Of a DNA stretch of 64,000 nucleotides, positions 59,186 through 64,000 are shown in pieces. Position 1 is the first letter of the stretch, and every line of letters begins with the position of its first letter. This DNA comes from Candidatus Bathyarchaeia archaeon (GTDB taxonomy: Archaea > Thermoproteota > Bathyarchaeia > 40CM-2-53-6), in assembly GCA_049513715.1 (NCBI GenBank), contig JBEKVV010000005.1, positions 96,001 to 160,000 on the forward strand. Reading direction: 5' to 3'. Both the position numbers and the translations under genes were made by a program. The notes under the pieces were generated by a model. The model did no database searches and was not told the origin of the DNA. It saw only the letters and a program-made list of their open reading frames with translations.

Positions 59186-59986
59186 TCAGAGGAAGTCTCT
59201 CCTTCCACCATCGACCAAGAGGGTTTTGCCGGTGATGAATCGGGATTCGTCGCTCGCGAAGAACAGAACGGCAGCAGCGATGTCTTCTGGCTCACCGATC
59301 ATGCCCAACGAGGTGATCTTCTTCCTCGCCTCGAGAAACTCCACGTACTCTTGGTCGGTCATTTTCCCTTTCAGCATGTCAGTGTGAACAGCCCCGGGCG
59401 CCACACAATTCACATTAATGCCGTATTGTCCTAGTTCAAATGCCGCAGTCTTTGTCAACTGGATAACCGCCGCTTTCGACGTGGCGTATGCGGTTTCTCC
59501 CCATAGAGCGATACCGAATCCTGAGTTCGATGAAATGTTCACGATTTTCCCATAGTTTCTTTGCATCATGTGCTTTGCGGCTACTTGTGTGCAAAGAAAT
59601 ACGCCCTTGAGGTTCACGTTTAAGGTTCTGTCCCAGATTTCGTCAGTGGTCTCTAGAAGGCGCGTACCGAAATCGACGGCGGCGTTATTGACGAGAATGT
59701 CCACTGTGCCGAACTCGTCCAGAGTGGTCTTGATCATGACTTCAACCTCACTCCTGATTGAGACGTCGCATTTGACCGCGATGGCTCGCGCTTTCACGCC
59801 TCTTATCGCGTTAACGACCTCGTCTGCTTTCTCTTGATTCTTCTCATAGTTGACGACGACGCTGCAGCCCTCCCTGGCCAGGGCCAGAGCCGTTGCCCTG
59901 CCGATTCCGCGGGAACCCCCTGTGACTATGGCTGTTTTTCCATCAAAACGCATCTTGCGCACTTCATTGCGGATAGGCATCTTCAA
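59186..59986 (-). CDS. Short-chain dehydrogenase/reductase (FabG-like)
   Basis: TGGSRGIG, NNA, YATSK, VDGG. Confidence 0.93.
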   Translation of the reverse strand: MKMPIRNEVRKMRFDGKTAIVTGGSRGIGRATALALAREGCSVVVNYEKNQEKADEVVNAIRGVKARAIAVKCDVSIRSEVEVMIKTTLDEFGTVDILVNNAAVDFGTRLLETTDEIWDRTLNVNLKGVFLCTQVAAKHMMQRNYGKIVNISSNSGFGIALWGETAYATSKAAVIQLTKTAAFELGQYGINVNCVAPGAVHTDMLKGKMTDQEYVEFLEARKKITSLGMIGEPEDIAAAVLFFASDESRFITGKTLLVDGGRRDFL

Positions 59987-60077
59987 TCACCAGGAGAGTT
60001 GACATTCGACCAGTTGAGGTCTCTATTCTTCAATTGCGGACGCCACTGCTTGTTCAGTCGGCGCTGGCAGGTTCGGA

Positions 60078-61187
60078 TCAGGCGGTTGCCAATTCCTTGA
60101 CGGTGGAGGCTATGGTTGCTCCAACTTGCTTCGTGCTAGAGGTCCCACCTAGATCAGGCGTTAGTGTGGTTCCTTCTTTGAGAAGTTTTCGTATTGCAGC
60201 AGTTGTCAGCTCAGAAGCGTGTTTCTCTCCCAGCCATTCAAGGAGTAGGGCAGTTGCATTCAGTATTGCTATTGGATTCGCGATTCCTTTGCCCGCAATG
60301 TCAGGTGCGGATCCGTGAACGGCTTCAAAGAGCCCGGCTTCTTCCCCCAGATTGGCACTACCGGCAAGGCCCAGCCCGCCTACAGTGGCTGATGCGAGGT
60401 CGCTCAAGATGTCGCCGGTATAATTCTCTGTGACTAGAACGTTCAACTTCTCAGGAGAAAACAGCATTTGCTGAGTGATGGCGTCGGCGTACATGTAGTC
60501 CCTTTGGATGTCTTGATACTCTTGTGCTACCTCGTCGAATTTTGACCGAAAGAAGGCGAAGCTTCTGAGAACGTTGCTTTTGTCAACGCACGTAACCCTC
60601 CTCTTTCCGTCGTGAGGCGAACCTTTGCTATTTCTAGACAACTCGAAGGCTTTTCTCACTACACGCTTGACGCCGTTCTTTGTCATTACAAGGGGGTCCA
60701 CTGCAATCTCATCACGAAGAATTCCTGACCTGTGAGCTGCATAGAGGCCTTCGGTGTTCTCTCGGACTATAGTGTAGTTGATTTGACCTGGTTTCTTGCC
60801 TGTGAGGACCGTTCTCACGCCATCATTCAGTACAATGGGCCTAATGTTGGCGTAGAGATCTAACTCAAACCTTAGACAGAGCTCGATGCCGATTCCCACT
60901 TCTGTGCCGTCATCGTACCTGATGTTGGGCAGTCCAACCGGACCTTTCAGAATCGCGTCTGCCTTCGAACAGACCGATAGGTCGTCCTTCGAGATGCTCG
61001 TTCCCGTTTCGAGGTAATGTTGTGCTCCGAGAGGGATTTCAGTAAACTCCAATTCAAGGTTGTTCACGCTATCCCGCAGGGCCTCTAATACTCGCAATGC
61101 TTCAGGCATTATTTCCGGCCCCACGCCGTCTCCTTGAATCACAACTATCTTGTAGCTACCCAAACTGGGCCAATCTCCCCAAATCAA
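60078..61187 (-). CDS. Beta-decarboxylating dehydrogenase (isopropylmalate/tartrate/isocitrate family)
   Basis: GDGVGPE, RENTEGLY, DKSNV, GDILSD, EAVHGSAPDIAG. Confidence 0.92.
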   Translation of the reverse strand: MIWGDWPSLGSYKIVVIQGDGVGPEIMPEALRVLEALRDSVNNLELEFTEIPLGAQHYLETGTSISKDDLSVCSKADAILKGPVGLPNIRYDDGTEVGIGIELCLRFELDLYANIRPIVLNDGVRTVLTGKKPGQINYTIVRENTEGLYAAHRSGILRDEIAVDPLVMTKNGVKRVVRKAFELSRNSKGSPHDGKRRVTCVDKSNVLRSFAFFRSKFDEVAQEYQDIQRDYMYADAITQQMLFSPEKLNVLVTENYTGDILSDLASATVGGLGLAGSANLGEEAGLFEAVHGSAPDIAGKGIANPIAILNATALLLEWLGEKHASELTTAAIRKLLKEGTTLTPDLGGTSSTKQVGATIASTVKELATA

Positions 61188-61337
61188 ACCCCATTGCTCA
61201 CTGCCTACAAATCAATTTTGGCCGTATAGAAATCATGAGAACATCACGAAATTCCAGTGCACGGCGCGAGAAATAACGGGTGAGTGGGAGTGGTTTTAGG
61301 GGTTCCTTAGTTCGCGAAGGATAGGGTGGGCCACACC

Positions 61338-62231
61338 CTACAGCACCCGGTCGTACTTTCTGAGAACGGTTGGTAAAGCCTCGATGAGATCTGAGGCGAC
61401 CATATGGAAACCCTTCTCCCTGCGAACAAGGTCTCCAGCTAGCCCATGAACATATGCTCCAGCAGCTGCTGCGAAGAGGGACTCTGCACCTTGGGCCAGA
61501 AAGGCACCAATAATACCTGACAGAACATCGCCCATCCCACCAGTAGCCATCCCTGGATTGCCTGTTCTGTTAATTCTCACGCGCCGCCCGTCTGTAACCA
61601 CCGTATCGCGACCTTTCAAGAGAAGCACGCACGAAAATTCCGCGGCGAATCTAGTGCAAATAGGCAAGCGTTCACGCCAAGTTGGAGGCGCGTCGATTCC
61701 GGAGATTGCTCTGAACTCTCCCGCGTGCGGAGTGATAATTGCGTTTGCCCGTTTCAAAATGCCAGCTCGCCCGTTGAGGGCTTTAATCGCGTCCGCATCG
61801 ATGAGGATAGGCTTCTTCATTCTGATCGCTGACTCAACCATCAAAGGAACGGCCCGCTTAGTCTTCGCGTGGAGACCGATTCCAGGGCCCAATACGAGAG
61901 CATCTGATCTTCCAAGCAGCTGGACTACCTTGGGCACATCATCGGATGTGATCACATCGCTCTTGAGTGAATGCACAATGAGGTTTGGGGAATAGGATCT
62001 TATGGTTCCCGCAACTCCTTTTGGTGCTGCTATGATTGCAAGCCCTGTTCCTGTCCTGAGGGCGGCCATTCCAGCCAAGGCGGGAGCACCAGAGTAAACG
62101 TCACTGCCCCCAACAATCAGGAGCCAGCCAAAATCACCTTTGTGGGAGTATACCGACCTTGCTTTCACTACTTGTTTGACATCTGCTGGGCCGGAAAATG
62201 TTGGATTTGTCATGGGGCTACACAGATTCAT
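61338..62231 (-). CDS. nnrD: ADP-dependent NAD(P)HX dehydratase, stand-alone
   Basis: HKGDFG, GPGIG, IDADA, TPHAGEF, GGMGDVLSG. Confidence 0.92.
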   Translation of the reverse strand: MNLCSPMTNPTFSGPADVKQVVKARSVYSHKGDFGWLLIVGGSDVYSGAPALAGMAALRTGTGLAIIAAPKGVAGTIRSYSPNLIVHSLKSDVITSDDVPKVVQLLGRSDALVLGPGIGLHAKTKRAVPLMVESAIRMKKPILIDADAIKALNGRAGILKRANAIITPHAGEFRAISGIDAPPTWRERLPICTRFAAEFSCVLLLKGRDTVVTDGRRVRINRTGNPGMATGGMGDVLSGIIGAFLAQGAESLFAAAAGAYVHGLAGDLVRREKGFHMVASDLIEALPTVLRKYDRVL

Positions 62232-62332
62232 TTGTGCGTATTAGAAACAGCGCTTCCTCCACCATGGTACAGCAGGCTCTCTACAAATGAACTAGGTGAA
62301 GAGCCATCACGATTCCTCGATAAGCCCTTCTT

Positions 62333-63478
62333 CTAACTGAACCAAGCTGACATTCTTTCTGTCAGGAACCGATGCTTCTCCAGATATCCTTCAGCGGAAG
62401 GAGGTGTGAACTCCCATGTTGGTGCCGGTTGCTCGTAGAAGTTTGCGCGAACTGGTGCGGCTTTTCCGTCCCCAACCTCCATGATGCACACTCCTGCCCC
62501 ATCAAACTTGGCAGAAGGTTGTTTGCCCTGAATCTCACTGATTATGTTCTCAGCTGCCACCTTGCCTTGCTCCTCTGCTAGGTTGCCCGCTCTAGGAAGC
62601 ATTAGCCCCTTCGGCACTTTTGTGCCGGCGCAGTCTCCCACCGCGAAAACACCCGGTGCAGCCGTACTCATGGTAGCGGAGTCGACAGGAACCCAACCTG
62701 ACTGATCAACAAGGCCGGAATCCTTCAAGACCCGTGGAGCTACATGAACGGGAATCGCAAAAACCAAATCGTGCTCAATCTCCGCCGATTCAGTCAGAAC
62801 ACTCTTGCCGCGAATTTCCATAATTTTCTGAGCAGGGTGATATTCTATTCCACGTTCTGCCAAGAGACTAGTGACCTTCTTCCCCGCTTCCGGGCCGAGT
62901 ATCGTTAGCGGATGTTGTTCAGGCGTGATGACTTGAAGCTTGACGTTTTTCCTTACATTTCTCTTGCGGAGGACATCATCGATGATCATCGCAGCCTCGT
63001 ACGGTGCGGGCGGACATTTGAAAGGAAGCCCGCAGATTAGGATGGTCAAGGTTCCATTGTCGAATGACCGCAACTTATCCCTGATCTGAGAGCACCCACT
63101 TTCTGTGTAGAGGTTAGTGGCATATTTCTGAAATCCTGGAGTGGACTCTGGAGAATAATCAGCTCCAAGAGCAATTATCAGGTAGTCGTATGAGAGTTTG
63201 TGTTTTCCAACGTTCACTTGTTTATCGTTGGGCCTTATTGCGGTGATCTCACCCTCGATGAAATCGATGCCGCGTTTGACCATGGCGTTACGATCGCCAG
63301 CGTTTTCACCCACCCGCCGTCTGCCATCAAGAATCCACAGTTTCGTTAAGCCCATGAAGAAAAGTGTCTGCCTGTCAACCAAGGTCACCTTGCTATCTGA
63401 CCCAAGGCTTCTGCGAAATGTGTTCGCTGCCGCAAGCCCTCCGAACCCTCCGCCGAGTATCAGTATGTGCTTAGTCAC
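62333..63478 (-). CDS. Sulfide:quinone oxidoreductase / FCSD-like flavoprotein
   Basis: GGGFGG, KCPPAPYE, VFAVGD, GVCIME. Confidence 0.8.
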   Translation of the reverse strand: MTKHILILGGGFGGLAAANTFRRSLGSDSKVTLVDRQTLFFMGLTKLWILDGRRRVGENAGDRNAMVKRGIDFIEGEITAIRPNDKQVNVGKHKLSYDYLIIALGADYSPESTPGFQKYATNLYTESGCSQIRDKLRSFDNGTLTILICGLPFKCPPAPYEAAMIIDDVLRKRNVRKNVKLQVITPEQHPLTILGPEAGKKVTSLLAERGIEYHPAQKIMEIRGKSVLTESAEIEHDLVFAIPVHVAPRVLKDSGLVDQSGWVPVDSATMSTAAPGVFAVGDCAGTKVPKGLMLPRAGNLAEEQGKVAAENIISEIQGKQPSAKFDGAGVCIMEVGDGKAAPVRANFYEQPAPTWEFTPPSAEGYLEKHRFLTERMSAWFS

Positions 63479-63742
63479 GATCGTTCAAGGACAGTATAGC
63501 TCAAGCATTTAGAAAGCTTTCTTGAAGCGGTGAAATTTCAGGCACGGCCTGTGCGCAAGACCATTCCGTTCTTAGTGCCGCAATCAAAGTGATAATTGGA
63601 CCGGGAAGTGAATATCGCCCGCGATTCGCCACTCAATCCTGTACCTGTACAGTCAGGAACGATAACTTTGATTTAGCCCCAATTCAGCCATTTTAGGGGT
63701 TATGAACCACTAGGTGGAATAGTGGAGCTTGTTCCACCCTGC

Positions 63743-63754
63743 TTTAAGTATAAA
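63743..63754 (+). promoter_or_regulatory. TATA-like box for the small ORF, preceded by an inverted repeat at 63713-63738
   Basis: TTTAAGTATAAA; GGTGGAATA...TGTTCCACC upstream. Confidence 0.5.
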
Positions 63755-63799
63755 GTACCCCAAGCTGTCTGTTGAAAGCGAAAGGGTGGTGAATTGAAG

Positions 63800-63883
63800 A
63801 TGGCGAAGAAACGCAAGGTCAAGATGCGAGTTAACGCAGACGCTCCAAGATCCGAGAAGGGCAGCAGCGAATACGTAGCATAA
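63800..63883 (+). CDS. 27-aa small ORF
   Basis: MAKKRKVKMRVNADAPRSEKGSSEYVA; GGTGGTGA RBS at 63785-63792; in-frame TTG at 63794. Confidence 0.55.
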   Translation: MAKKRKVKMRVNADAPRSEKGSSEYVA

Positions 63884-63910
63884 GCCCAACGAGGCTAATG
63901 CTGCTTGGAC

Positions 63911-63947
63911 GAGGTTCCTTCGGGAACCTTCCCGATTTACCCTTTTT
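63911..63947 (+). terminator. C(UUCG)G hairpin followed by T-tract
   Basis: GAGGTTCC-TTCG-GGAACCTT then TTTTT. Confidence 0.6.
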
Positions 63948-64000
63948 CCGGTAAACCCATGAGTTTCTAGCGTGCAGGTTTCATGTTGCCTGCAACTAAG

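Noticed and set aside
2020..63512. Many 60-180 aa antisense or alternate-frame ORFs in the track
   Set aside because: They overlap well-supported genes and have no motifs; treated as shadow ORFs.
63800..63904. tmRNA-like tag or proteasome HbYX motif
   Set aside because: No tRNA-like domain is visible and the ORF has its own RBS and start; Tyr is not penultimate (EYVA).

Overview
Archaeal chromosomal window with no rRNA, tRNA or CRISPR array that I can support. Thermosome, Hef, UPF0147/UPF0148, GGPP synthase and PEF-type sorting signals show an archaeon; the overall gene style suggests a TACK lineage such as Bathyarchaeia (inference). The first 5.7 kb is an accessory region. It has three copies of a ~42-bp bulged-hairpin repeat separating single genes, then an AbrB-regulator / small protein / PAS kinase / receiver module bracketed by 43-bp direct repeats (37/43 identical) with a dif-like 11-6-11 core. 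An unannotated probable tyrosine-integrase remnant lies inside the module, which abuts the moxR stop codon. At 15.5-26.1 kb two convergent ABC-2 operons (2 ATPases, one with a degenerate signature; 3 permeases) enclose a COG1361-like protein and a ~1270-aa unknown surface protein. Other highlights: a hydroxyproline dehydratase (HypD) glycyl-radical pair with a P5C-dehydrogenase-like gene and no adjacent proC; a broken FTR1 iron permease; an IS6-like transposase remnant; and several small ORFs missed by the ORF track, including a 33-aa very basic peptide and a 27-aa ORF with its own promoter and structured 3' end. The rest is ordinary metabolic and housekeeping genes. All family calls come from motif recognition; no searches were run.
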